Source of the DNA: Candidatus Kuenenia stuttgartensis
GTDB lineage: Bacteria; Planctomycetota; Brocadiia; Brocadiales; Brocadiaceae
NCBI RefSeq assembly: GCF_900232105.1
Contig: NZ_LT934425.1
Coordinates: 2,190,001 to 2,222,000, forward strand
Direction: 5' to 3'
DNA: 32,000 nt
Position numbers and translations under genes: made by a program. This document shows positions 18,856 to 28,289 of this stretch, piece after piece. The notes beneath the pieces were generated by a model. It was not told the DNA's origin, made no database searches, and saw only the letters and a list, made by a program, of their open reading frames with translations. Every line of letters starts with the position of its first letter. Position 1 is the first letter of the stretch.

Positions 18856-18902
18856 GACTATGCCGTCACAGTTACAAACACTTTCATGATTCTTTCAGGC
18901 AA

Positions 18903-18923
18903 AGACAGGTTTTAAACCTGTCT
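18903..18923. repeat. Near-perfect palindrome AGACAGGTTT-T-AAACCTGTCT
   Basis: 10-bp arms around one central base, about 45 bp upstream of the corA ATG. Confidence 0.7.
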
Positions 18924-18965
18924 CCGCCGGACTACCACGTTTTCTTTGGAAAGGAGGATGGTTTC

Positions 18966-20030
18966 ATGCACAGATTATTTAAAAACAGATCGAAAAAAAC
19001 CGGTTTGCCCCCAGGGGCTCTTATTCATATTGGCGAGAAGAAATTAGCGAAGGTAAAAATAACTGCCATGGAATACAGCGGGACAAGCTGCCTTGAAAGG
19101 GAAATACCGGACATTAATGAATGCTTTCCGCTGAAAAACGACCAAATGACAACGTGGATCAATATCTGCGGTATTCATAGTATTGAAAACATTGAGAATA
19201 TTGGAAAACTTGCAAATATACACCCATTATTGTTGGAAGACATAATGAACACAGACCATCGCCCAAAAATGGAAGATTTTGAAGACTATATCTTCATCGT
19301 TCTGAAAACGCTTACTTTTAACGAAGACGATAAACGGATTGATGCAGAGCAAATAAGTTTAATCCTTGGCCAAAATTATGTTATTTCCTTTCAGGAAAAG
19401 GAAGGCAGTATTTTTACTCCCGTCATAGGCCGGATTAAAAATGGCAAGGGACGCATAAAGAAAATGGGCGCAGATTATCTGGCTTATGCGCTCCTTGATG
19501 CTATTGTAGACGGTTATTTCGTTGTGTTGGAAAAGATGGGGGAATACATCGAGGACATAGAAGAAGAATTAATTACAACGCCTTCCATGGAAACCCTTCG
19601 AAAGATTCATAACGTTAAGCGCGAGATATTGTTTCTGCGGAAATCCATCTGGCCGCTGCGGGAGGTAATTAATACCATGGACAAGGGCGAACTACCCCTT
19701 ATACGAAGCTCTACCTACGTTTATCTGCGAGATGTGTACGATCACACCATACATATTATCGATACCATTGAAACGTTTCGCGACATGGCGACAGGAATGC
19801 TTGATATTTATCTTTCAAGCGTGAGTAACAAGCTGAACGAAGTTGTGAAGGTATTAACCATTATCGCAACAATATTCATGCCGCTCACTTTTATTGCAGG
19901 TGTTTACGGAATGAATTTTAAATATCTTCCCGAAGCAGAATGGCGCTGGGGATATTTTGCCGTTTTAATGGCAATGGGTATCATCGGGACGACTATGGTT
20001 GTGTATTTCCGGAAAAAACGATGGATATAA
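18966..20030 (+). CDS. corA: CorA family magnesium/cobalt transporter
   Basis: C-terminal LTIIATIFMPLTFIAGVYGMNFKYLPEAEWRWGYFAVLMAMGIIGTTMVVYFRKKRWI contains the YGMN signature. Confidence 0.97.
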   Translation: MHRLFKNRSKKTGLPPGALIHIGEKKLAKVKITAMEYSGTSCLEREIPDINECFPLKNDQMTTWINICGIHSIENIENIGKLANIHPLLLEDIMNTDHRPKMEDFEDYIFIVLKTLTFNEDDKRIDAEQISLILGQNYVISFQEKEGSIFTPVIGRIKNGKGRIKKMGADYLAYALLDAIVDGYFVVLEKMGEYIEDIEEELITTPSMETLRKIHNVKREILFLRKSIWPLREVINTMDKGELPLIRSSTYVYLRDVYDHTIHIIDTIETFRDMATGMLDIYLSSVSNKLNEVVKVLTIIATIFMPLTFIAGVYGMNFKYLPEAEWRWGYFAVLMAMGIIGTTMVVYFRKKRWI

Positions 20031-20039
20031 ATTATGGCT

Positions 20040-20127
20040 GCTGTTTGTTTCCAAACAAACCATGTGCCGGGCCGGCCGAAGCATCTGTTTGGGAACGAGC
20101 CGTGTATCGTTTACGCGGAATAGTTAC
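20040..20127 (-). repeat. Degenerate copy of the same GTAACTATTC-GCG-ended element
   Basis: TTTGGGAACGAGCCGTGTATCG...TTACGCGGAATAGTTAC resembles TTTGAGAACGAGTTGTGCTTCG...TTACGCTGAATAGTTAC at 4345..4403. Confidence 0.5.
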
Positions 20128-20135
20128 TATATTTT

Positions 20136-21155
20136 CTACTTATCCGTTCTGAGTTCTTTCAAATAGCTTTCCATCTGGTAAAGATATTTTTCCGAGGCAG
20201 CCAGTGATTTTGTTCTTTCTTCATCTGTTGCTGCGCTTTTTGCCTGCAGGCTGTTTACTTTTGCCCGTATATTGGCACGATAACTTTTATAATAAATAAA
20301 AAGATCACGTTCTTTTTCCGATTTCATAGCGGGGAAAAAATCATTATAATATTCAAGAAATAAGTCTGACAAATCCTTTCGGCCAAATGCATCCAAATCC
20401 ATACATAGGAAAGCCACTTCATTTAATACATCAATTTGACGAAAATCGTCATTGAACTCAATACAATCGAACGGCACCGGATCAGGTAATAAGAAAATAT
20501 TCCTCGAATGTAAATCCCCATGGCAATCCTTGCAGAAGCCCTCTCTAAGCCGGTAGGCTATCAACGCCTTATTCTTATCCATAAACTTATCAGAAAATTT
20601 GATAGCATTGGCGATGATAACGCCGAATGTGCTGCCCAGTTGTTCCGTTATAAATTTCTTTTCTGCTGCCAGGTCATTGAATTTTTTTCCGATATCCGAT
20701 AAATCCTTTTCATAAATAATCGTTGTGTTTTTATGAAATGAAGCTATTTTCTCTGCCAGCTTTTTGATATCTGATTCGGTTACCAAATGCTGCGTCAGCA
20801 ATTTATCCATTTGTTTTTCTGTGTCCAGTCTATTCATTTTTACTGCGTAATCTATTATGGTTCCCTCCTTCCCACCGATAATAATTTTATCCTGCGATTT
20901 GCGTACAGGCAACACTTCGAGATAAACATTGAGGGTTAGCCTTTTATTTAATTCTATCTCCCTGTGGCAATAATAATTGCGACGCTCAAGGGTGGAAAAA
21001 TCAAGAAAGGAATATTGTACCGGCTTTTTAATTTTATATACGAATTGATCGCATAAAATCACCCATGATATATGGGTTTCAATTAATTCCCTTTGGCTGG
21101 TTTCTTCCGGGAATTCGCCCCCGGACAACAGGTCATTGATTTGCTTTGTTGTCAT
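20136..21155 (-). CDS. Aminoglycoside phosphotransferase-like (APH/choline kinase fold) protein
   Basis: YCHREIELNKRLTLNVYLEVLPV; KDCHGDLHSRNIFLLPDPVPFDCIEFNDDFRQIDVLNEVAFLCMDLDAFG. Confidence 0.85.
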   Translation of the reverse strand: MTTKQINDLLSGGEFPEETSQRELIETHISWVILCDQFVYKIKKPVQYSFLDFSTLERRNYYCHREIELNKRLTLNVYLEVLPVRKSQDKIIIGGKEGTIIDYAVKMNRLDTEKQMDKLLTQHLVTESDIKKLAEKIASFHKNTTIIYEKDLSDIGKKFNDLAAEKKFITEQLGSTFGVIIANAIKFSDKFMDKNKALIAYRLREGFCKDCHGDLHSRNIFLLPDPVPFDCIEFNDDFRQIDVLNEVAFLCMDLDAFGRKDLSDLFLEYYNDFFPAMKSEKERDLFIYYKSYRANIRAKVNSLQAKSAATDEERTKSLAASEKYLYQMESYLKELRTDK

Positions 21156-21648
21156 TTTTAATTTTCAAATATTCAGAAGTCTTTCGCAACATTTCATCTA
21201 TATTGTCATCAGTTGACTTCAATATCAAATGAGGCTCGTTTAATGGTTCATTTTGCCGGCGAATGTGTTTATAAACCTCAAAATCCGCTTCACTGTATGG
21301 CCTGGGCTTTTTTAATCTTTCTCTTATTATATTTTCATCCGCCTGAACCTCTATAAAGAAAATATTGCCCTTTCCCTTCATTTCCTCAACAAACATTTTC
21401 CTTGTATCTTTTCTATGAAAAGTGGCATCCAGTACTAAATTATTTTTTTGTTGTATCGCTTGCTCCATCTGTTGAAGCATTTTATCATATACCGCCCTTT
21501 TCTCCTGTTCAGAATAAACGCTTTCTTTAAAAAGTTCTTTCCTCACTTTATCACTGCTCACATATCCGGCGTTGATCATTTTTGCAAGCCTGGAAGCAAA
21601 ATAACTTTTACCTGAACCCGGTAAACCGAAAACAATTATAATCATCAT
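21133..21648 (-). CDS. P-loop kinase-like ATP-binding protein
   Basis: IIIVFGLPGSGKSYFASRLAKMI Walker A; VLDATFHRKDTRKMF; overlaps the downstream APH-like gene by 23 bp. Confidence 0.85.
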   Translation of the reverse strand: MMIIIVFGLPGSGKSYFASRLAKMINAGYVSSDKVRKELFKESVYSEQEKRAVYDKMLQQMEQAIQQKNNLVLDATFHRKDTRKMFVEEMKGKGNIFFIEVQADENIIRERLKKPRPYSEADFEVYKHIRRQNEPLNEPHLILKSTDDNIDEMLRKTSEYLKIKNDNKANQ

Positions 21649-21750
21649 TGTTTGACCTGATTTTTGTTATTTAAAATTAAATGATAGGTTTCGAAAATTT
21701 GATCCGGCTTTGTTACTATCGTTTTCCTGCTGACAGTATCAGATAGATAT

Positions 21751-22035
21751 TCAATTGAGTAAATATTTCAGTTTTCTCAGGTTAAGAATAAGAATACTTC
21801 CATCGTCTTTTATATCAATAAGCTTTTCATTTCTAAAATCGCTGAGGGTTTTTATAAGAGATTCATTTGCTGTACCCGTTCGGTTTTGGCAGTGAGGAAA
21901 ATGAACGGTGTATTTTTTATTCCATCATTTTTATGAACGGCATGCAGTACCCCGTAGCCCTCCGGCACAGGCATCATAATATCGCAAATGTCAGATCAGG
22001 CGAATGCTCGAGTGCTTTTCCAATACCGGTTTTCA
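21751..22035 (-). pseudogene. Remnant of a receiver-domain plus Crp/Fnr-type HTH regulator (internally deleted and frameshifted)
   Basis: The minus strand encodes, in different frames, IMMPVPEGYGVLHAVHKNDGIKNTPFIFLTAKTER (receiver) and then GTANESLIKTLSDFRNEKLIDIKDDGSILILNLRKLKYLLN* (Crp/Fnr HTH C-terminus), ending at 21751. Not in the ORF track. Confidence 0.75.
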
Positions 22036-22295
22036 TTCCCTGAATTCAATTATAATTAAATGAAAAAAATAACCTTTAATCATAGGCTACCTGACCACTG
22101 ATTTCAATCAGCGACATCCTTTATTACCTGATCAGCGTTTACCTTTGCAGTGGTTTTCCATGGGATATTGGATTATAACAAGGGTGGATTATTTATCCGG
22201 CCCCCTTTTTTAATTTAATTACTATAATACAACAACTGATTTTCAGAAAGCGCTATCAAGCAAGATATCGAAAAATTTAAATCAGGAATTGAAAA

Positions 22296-25019
22296 ATGAA
22301 GTATGAAAAGTCAGAAATAAAAAAGTTGAAAAAAGTAATCAAACGACCCTTTAAGTCAATACGCAGTGCTGAAATGAGTGAACGAGCAATAATCAAATTG
22401 CGCGATGCTTCCCGAAAAGATACATATTCAGTATATGCTATGATGGAAAGTTCCGCCACAGGAATTTCAAATGAAGAGGCGGATGATCGCATTTTAAAAT
22501 TTGGTTTGAACGAGGTTGGCTACGATAAAGCGCCATCATGGCTTAAACAATTAATAAAAGCATTTATAAATCCATTCATTTTTATCCTTCTATCAATCAT
22601 CATAATTTCTTTTGTGATTGATGTGGGGCTGGCAGCGCCTGGTGAGCAGGATTATAAAACGGTAGCAGTTGTTTCTGTTATGGTTATTTTTAGCGTGCTA
22701 CTTAGTTTTTTCCAGGAGTTTAAAAGTAACCGTGCGGCCGAACAGTTAAAGCGCATGATAAAAACAACGGCAACAGTACTTCGTCAATCAATCGGTAAAG
22801 GCGAAATACTAATGACACATTTAGTACCTGGTGATGTCGTTTATTTATCCGCCGGAGATATGATCCCGGCAGATTGCCGCATCGTGCAAAGCACCGATTT
22901 ATTTGTAAGTGAATCTATGCTCACAGGCGAATCACTTCCAGTAGAAAAAATGTATTTGCCAATTGGTGATGTGGATAATAGCCAACCTATTGAGCTTGGT
23001 AACCTATGCTTTATGGGTACAAACGTAGTGAGCGGATCAGCAAAAGCAGTAGTAATTACTACAGGTGCCAACACCTATTTTGGCAGTATCAGCAAGGGTA
23101 TTGTTGGCGACAGACCGGAAACTAATTTCGATAAAGGGATTAATAAAGTGAGTCGCCTGCTCATTCGCTTTATGCTCATCATGGTACCCATTATTTTTCT
23201 GATAAATGGTTTAGTGAAAGGGGATTGGAGGGATGCCTTACTCTTTGCCATTGCAGTAGCAGTAGGATTAACACCTGAAATGTTACCTGTGATCGTTACT
23301 TCAAACTTAGCCAAAGGTGCAGTAAGCATGAGCAAACACAAGGTGATAGTAAAGCGATTAAATGCTATTCAAAACATTGGTGCAATGGATATGCTTTGTA
23401 CCGATAAAACGGGTACATTGACTTTGGATAAAATTGTGCTGGAAAATCATTTAAATGTTTTTGGTGAGGAAGATGATGAAGTTTTGAAATGGGCTTATCT
23501 GAACAGTTACCATCAAACAGGCTTAAAAAACTTATTGGACAAAGCGGTGCTGGAACATGTAGAGGTAAAAGACTACTTAAGAGTAGAAGAGCATTTCACC
23601 AAGGTTGATGAAATTCCCTTTGACTTTCAACGCAGAAGAATGAGCGTTATATTAAAACAAAAAAACGGCAAACATTTACTCATTTGTAAAGGCGCCGTGG
23701 AAGAAATGCTGGATCTATGTACGCATAGTTTTGACCCTGGAGAAAATCGCCAATTGCATATTGGGCGGGATAAAGTGGTTTTGATGGATGATTTTATGCG
23801 AGGAAGAGTTTTAGAAACTTCCACAAGATCAAATGAAAAAGGGCTTCGCGTCTTGTTGCTTGCTATCCGTGAATTTGAGGGAGACCGGCCTTTGACCTAT
23901 TCCGTTGCAGATGAAAGTAATCTTACACTAACAGGATTTATAGGTTTTCTTGATCCGGCTAAACCATCCGCAAAACCAAGTATTGAGGCACTACATAAAT
24001 TGAATATCGAAGTAAAAGTATTGACAGGTGATAACGAAATTGTTACCAAAAAGATTTGTAAAGATGTTGGCATCCCAATTCAAAATATCATGTTGGGTAA
24101 TGAGTTGGAGTTGATCTCTGATGAAGAACTAACTGATCGGATAGACGAGATTTCCATATTTGCCAAATTGAGTCCTTTGCAAAAAGTAAGAGTAGTACAA
24201 GCGTTAAGGGCAAAAGGTCATACCGTTGGGTTCCTGGGAGATGGTATCAATGATGCGGCTGGTTTAAAAGAAGCAGATGTAGGTATTACGGTGGATACTG
24301 CCGTTGATATTGCAAAAGAAAGTTCAGATATTATTTTATTGGAAAAAGATTTAATGGTTCTGAGGGATGGAGTAATTTATGGTCGCAGAACTTTTGGGAA
24401 TATTATTAAATACATCAAAATGGCCACCAGCGGTAATTTCGGGAATGTATTCAGTATTTTAGGAGCCAGTGCATTTTTACCCTTCTTACCCATGTTGCCC
24501 ATTCAATTATTGGTACAAAACCTTTTATATGATGTTTCACAAACTTCCATTCCATGGGATAACGTGGATAAAGATTTTCTGGAAATGCCGAAGAAATGGG
24601 ATCCATCCGGGATTCAAAGATTTATGGTTCACATCGGCCCTATCAGTTCCATTTTCGATTACATCCTTTTTGCAGTAATGTTTTTTGTGTTTAAGGCGAA
24701 CAGCCCTGAGCATCAAAGTTTATTTCAAACAGGCTGGTTTGTGGAAGGTCTGCTTTCTCAAACATTAATTGTACACATGATCCGGACCAAAAAAATTCCA
24801 TTTATTCAAAGTTGGGCTTCTGCTCCGGTGATTGCATTAACCTATTTAATTATGATGACCGGAATTGCGATTCCATTCACACCTTTAGCAGAAGTTTTTT
24901 TTCTGCAGCCGCTTCCTTTTTCTTATTTCCCTTGGTTGATCGGTATTTTGGCCGGATATTGCTTCCTTACCCAATACATCAAAAATTGGTATATCAGAAG
25001 ATTTAATCAGTGGCTTTAA
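22296..25019 (+). CDS. mgtA: Magnesium-translocating P-type ATPase
   Basis: DMLCTDKTGTLTLDKI phosphorylation motif, LTGESLPVEK, VGLTPEMLPVIVTSNLAKGA, GFLGDGINDAAGLKEADVGITVD, LLEKDLMVL. Confidence 0.93.
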   Translation: MKYEKSEIKKLKKVIKRPFKSIRSAEMSERAIIKLRDASRKDTYSVYAMMESSATGISNEEADDRILKFGLNEVGYDKAPSWLKQLIKAFINPFIFILLSIIIISFVIDVGLAAPGEQDYKTVAVVSVMVIFSVLLSFFQEFKSNRAAEQLKRMIKTTATVLRQSIGKGEILMTHLVPGDVVYLSAGDMIPADCRIVQSTDLFVSESMLTGESLPVEKMYLPIGDVDNSQPIELGNLCFMGTNVVSGSAKAVVITTGANTYFGSISKGIVGDRPETNFDKGINKVSRLLIRFMLIMVPIIFLINGLVKGDWRDALLFAIAVAVGLTPEMLPVIVTSNLAKGAVSMSKHKVIVKRLNAIQNIGAMDMLCTDKTGTLTLDKIVLENHLNVFGEEDDEVLKWAYLNSYHQTGLKNLLDKAVLEHVEVKDYLRVEEHFTKVDEIPFDFQRRRMSVILKQKNGKHLLICKGAVEEMLDLCTHSFDPGENRQLHIGRDKVVLMDDFMRGRVLETSTRSNEKGLRVLLLAIREFEGDRPLTYSVADESNLTLTGFIGFLDPAKPSAKPSIEALHKLNIEVKVLTGDNEIVTKKICKDVGIPIQNIMLGNELELISDEELTDRIDEISIFAKLSPLQKVRVVQALRAKGHTVGFLGDGINDAAGLKEADVGITVDTAVDIAKESSDIILLEKDLMVLRDGVIYGRRTFGNIIKYIKMATSGNFGNVFSILGASAFLPFLPMLPIQLLVQNLLYDVSQTSIPWDNVDKDFLEMPKKWDPSGIQRFMVHIGPISSIFDYILFAVMFFVFKANSPEHQSLFQTGWFVEGLLSQTLIVHMIRTKKIPFIQSWASAPVIALTYLIMMTGIAIPFTPLAEVFFLQPLPFSYFPWLIGILAGYCFLTQYIKNWYIRRFNQWL

Positions 25020-25130
25020 AGTTTTAGGGGGGGAATTATGGATGAAAATACCGGATGCATTAATTTAATAAATAGAAAAATTGTTCGGGTGTGAGCTTTA
25101 AAGACTAATATTCTTCTTGAATTCCATACC

Positions 25131-25254
25131 AAAAATTTCAGAGGGTTCTCTTTCGGATGAGCAAAAAAAACGGTTGCTTGAAATAGCTGATAAATATCCC
25201 GTTCACAAAACAATGCTCAGCAAAACACAAATCATCACCACACCCATGAAATAG
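25131..25254 (+). pseudogene. C-terminal remnant of an OsmC family protein
   Basis: Plus-strand frame ending at the TAG at 25252..25254 reads KISEGSLSDEQKKRLLEIADKYPVHKTMLSKTQIITTPMK*, as in the OsmC C-terminus. No intact upstream part is present. Confidence 0.7.
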
Positions 25255-25257
25255 TTT

Positions 25258-25436
25258 ACATAAAAGTCAGTTGAAAATAAGGAAAACAAAGTTCCGGCAT
25301 CTTCTTCTTCTTCAACTTCTATAACAATATCAATGTCCCTGGTCATTCTAGGATTTGTATAAAAATTAGCTGCTATCGAACCGGTAATCATGTAAGGTAT
25401 ACGGGCAGGCGCTAATCTTTTTACAACTATTTTCAA
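25258..25436 (-). pseudogene. N-terminal remnant of a nucleotidyltransferase-like protein
   Basis: MKIVVKRLAPARIPYMITGSIAANFYTNPRMTRDIDIVIEVEEEEDAGTLFSLFSTDFYV (GS...TRDIDIVIE motif). It then reads into antisense of the OsmC remnant. Confidence 0.7.
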
Positions 25437-25779
25437 AAACCCTGATCTCGTTAATCAAGAAAAATCCTTTTAATAATTAAATACTTAATTTGTAAACCAA
25501 CATCTGCAATAATAATTGTGTACAGATTGGGTTGTGTCTTTGATATCTGTTCTTCATCTGATTTAACGGAATCTACATTTGATGCTGATAGTCTAATCTT
25601 TTGTAACACTTTGGTATAATGCCAAAGATTCTGTTATAATAATATTGTGATAATAAAATATTTGCATTGGGCAAAGTTTTCCTCAAGGATTGTGCTTAGG
25701 TTTATAAATAGAAAGTCTTTCGTTGTTGAAAAACGGAATAATAATCCGTATAAAAAATTTCTTATTCACGAGGTTCTCT

Positions 25780-26955
25780 ATGAAAAAAATACATTTAGTA
25801 TGGTCTTTTTTCTGTGTTATGTATGTTAGCCTTGCCATAGCAGCACATGCTGAAGAAAAAATAATACAGGGGAAAGAAGAAATCGAAAAGAGCATTTGTG
25901 AATTAAATATAAAAGGGCAGATAGAAAAAGAATTTCATCTTTATGTTACAGACGGCTATCAGGAAATGGCAGATGGTGAAATGATATATTTCTGGGGATT
26001 CACGCATGCAAAAGATTTTGCCGATGTGGAAGAAATTAAAACGAAGGCGGAAAGAAATGCAAAATTATTACCACTCAAAGTGCCGGGTGATGAGATACGT
26101 TTAACATCAGGCAGGAATTATGTTGTTGTTTTGCATAATGCCGGATGGTATGAAACAGAAGAACACTCAGGCATTAATCATGTAGCTCACACTATACATT
26201 TTCACGGACTGGATTTAATTCCCGCCCTTGATGGTGTGCCGAATTTACCGTATCCTTCTGTTTTTCCAGGAGAAATATACCGGTACTTATTAACCATTCC
26301 GGAAGATATCGAAGGTACGTATATGGGGCATTGTCATGTGGATTCCACAAACCATATTATGAGTGGAATGTATTTTCCCATCATAATAGAAAAAAAACCG
26401 AATGAAATTTATGGATATACATTTGACAGGGAATATACCCTTTTTATGAGTGAGTTAGATAGCGAATATATGGAGACGCTCAGGGAAGTAGGTGATATCA
26501 GAAGGGGTCTGGATTGGAATTCGAACTATTTTATGCTCAACGGAAGGATTTTTATGGATAACCTGACGCATCCGCTGTCGACCATAAATGACCCCAAAAC
26601 AAGAATCGTTGCATATGATGGGGAAACTGTCTTGGTCAGATTATTGGCCTTAGGGTATGAACATATTTTTGCCTGGCATCCGCACGGTTTTCACGGTTTG
26701 GTAATCGGTACTGACGGCAGGAAATTTCCTTTTGCCTACGAAAAAGATACCTTACTTATTGGCTCTGGTGAAAGATATGATATTCTCTACAAAATCCCTG
26801 ATTTTTCTTCAAAAAGAAAATGTCTGTCGTGTAATTATGGACCAGGGATCAGCATTGCTCACGACCACAATATGAAGGGTATGGTAAGCGGGGGGATTTA
26901 TCCTCATGGGCCAATGACCATTTTTGATATTCGACCAAAAAAGATGACGCCATAA
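25780..26955 (+). CDS. Exported two-domain multicopper oxidase-like protein; track ORF starts at 25723, likely start at 25780
   Basis: Signal peptide MKKIHLVWSFFCVMYVSLAIAAHA; copper motifs HTIHFHGLD, GHCHVDSTNHIMSGMY, WHPHGFHG, AHDHNMKGMVSGG. Confidence 0.8.
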   Translation: MKKIHLVWSFFCVMYVSLAIAAHAEEKIIQGKEEIEKSICELNIKGQIEKEFHLYVTDGYQEMADGEMIYFWGFTHAKDFADVEEIKTKAERNAKLLPLKVPGDEIRLTSGRNYVVVLHNAGWYETEEHSGINHVAHTIHFHGLDLIPALDGVPNLPYPSVFPGEIYRYLLTIPEDIEGTYMGHCHVDSTNHIMSGMYFPIIIEKKPNEIYGYTFDREYTLFMSELDSEYMETLREVGDIRRGLDWNSNYFMLNGRIFMDNLTHPLSTINDPKTRIVAYDGETVLVRLLALGYEHIFAWHPHGFHGLVIGTDGRKFPFAYEKDTLLIGSGERYDILYKIPDFSSKRKCLSCNYGPGISIAHDHNMKGMVSGGIYPHGPMTIFDIRPKKMTP

Positions 26956-27062
26956 AATAAATAAGAGATTTTTCCCATGCGCTTTCTTATTATGTGTGCT
27001 GCGGTTAAAAAAAAAGAATAATTTCTTAGAACTTAAAAAACAGCTCATACGAAAGGAATTGT

Positions 27063-28238
27063 ATGTCAATATCTATTAAGGTAAAAGAAGGAATCGCCGC
27101 TTCGTCCTGGATTGTGAATATCTTTGAGGATCGTTCTCAGGTTGTTTCTAAAGAGAAAGAAGTGTATGACTTTAGACTGGGAAACCCGAAGATAGAACCT
27201 CCTTTGGAGTTTGTTGAGGAATTGAAGAGGGTTGCAAATAATCCCTTTCCGGAGATGCATGGCTATTCAGCTTTGGCAGGACATGTTCAGGCGCGGGAGG
27301 CAATCGCTAAAACGCTGTCAAAAGAAAGAGGACTTCCTTTCACTGCGCAGCATGTAATTATGACCGCTGGTGGCGCCGGTGCATTAAATATTATTTTGAA
27401 AGCGATTTTGAATCCTGGCGATGAAGTCATTGTTTTGTCACCTCTCTATTTGGAATATCCCTATTACATAGATAACCACGGTGGGGTTTGTTGCGTGGCA
27501 GAAACAAACGCGGATTTTACCTTAAACATTGATGCTATAGCAGCAAAGACAACGCCCCGTACGAAGGCAATTATCATAAACTCGCCGAATAACCCATCCG
27601 GGATGATTTACTTTGATGAAAGTTTGAAATCTACCGCAAGGCTTCTGAACGAGAAAAACCGACAGTTTGGAAATGACATTTTTTTGATTTATGATGCGGC
27701 GTATCAGGACATCGTTTACGATGGCAATAAGCTTCCTGACATTTTTAACATCTATTCAAACACCATTTTTGCGGCCTCGTATTCCAAACCGCTTTCGATT
27801 CCGGGGGAAAGGATAGGGTATGCAGCCGTCCACCCTGCAATGAAAAATTCCAGGGAACTTATGGAGGCCTTGACATTTGCTAATCGCGTTCTTGGGTATC
27901 TGAGCGCCCCTGTCCTTATGCAACATGTCGTTACAAATCTTCAGGGTGTTTGTGTTGACAGGGCGGAATATCAGGGAAGAAGGGATATGTTTTGTAATGC
28001 GCTGCAGGATTTTGGTTATTCATTTACACGACCAATGGGTGCTTATTATATCTTTACAAAAACTCCCGGAGATGACCTTGTATTTACGCAAGAACTGGCT
28101 AAAGAAGGAATACTGGTGCTTCCGGGGAAGAGCTTTGGAAGAAGTGGATATATCAGAATCGCCTTCTGTGTTAAGAAAGAAACCATTAAAAAATCGCTCC
28201 CGGGGTTTAAAAAGGTTAAAGACTTTTACCGTCATTAA
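27063..28238 (+). CDS. Pyridoxal phosphate-dependent aminotransferase, class I/II
   Basis: FRLGNPKIEPP; HGYSALAGHVQAREAIA; INSPNNPSGMIY; YDAAYQDIVYDG; SYSKPLSIPGERIGYAA (PLP Lys); GRSGYIRIAFCV. Confidence 0.93.
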   Translation: MSISIKVKEGIAASSWIVNIFEDRSQVVSKEKEVYDFRLGNPKIEPPLEFVEELKRVANNPFPEMHGYSALAGHVQAREAIAKTLSKERGLPFTAQHVIMTAGGAGALNIILKAILNPGDEVIVLSPLYLEYPYYIDNHGGVCCVAETNADFTLNIDAIAAKTTPRTKAIIINSPNNPSGMIYFDESLKSTARLLNEKNRQFGNDIFLIYDAAYQDIVYDGNKLPDIFNIYSNTIFAASYSKPLSIPGERIGYAAVHPAMKNSRELMEALTFANRVLGYLSAPVLMQHVVTNLQGVCVDRAEYQGRRDMFCNALQDFGYSFTRPMGAYYIFTKTPGDDLVFTQELAKEGILVLPGKSFGRSGYIRIAFCVKKETIKKSLPGFKKVKDFYRH

Positions 28239-28289
28239 GACTGAAAAATTAAGGTATATTTTAATTCTAAAAGAAGAAAGGGGAAATCT

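Noticed and set aside
22060-22295. Possible Mg2+-sensing leader (M-box) upstream of mgtA
   Set aside because: I could not recognise the conserved M-box elements by eye. A Rfam/Infernal scan would be needed.
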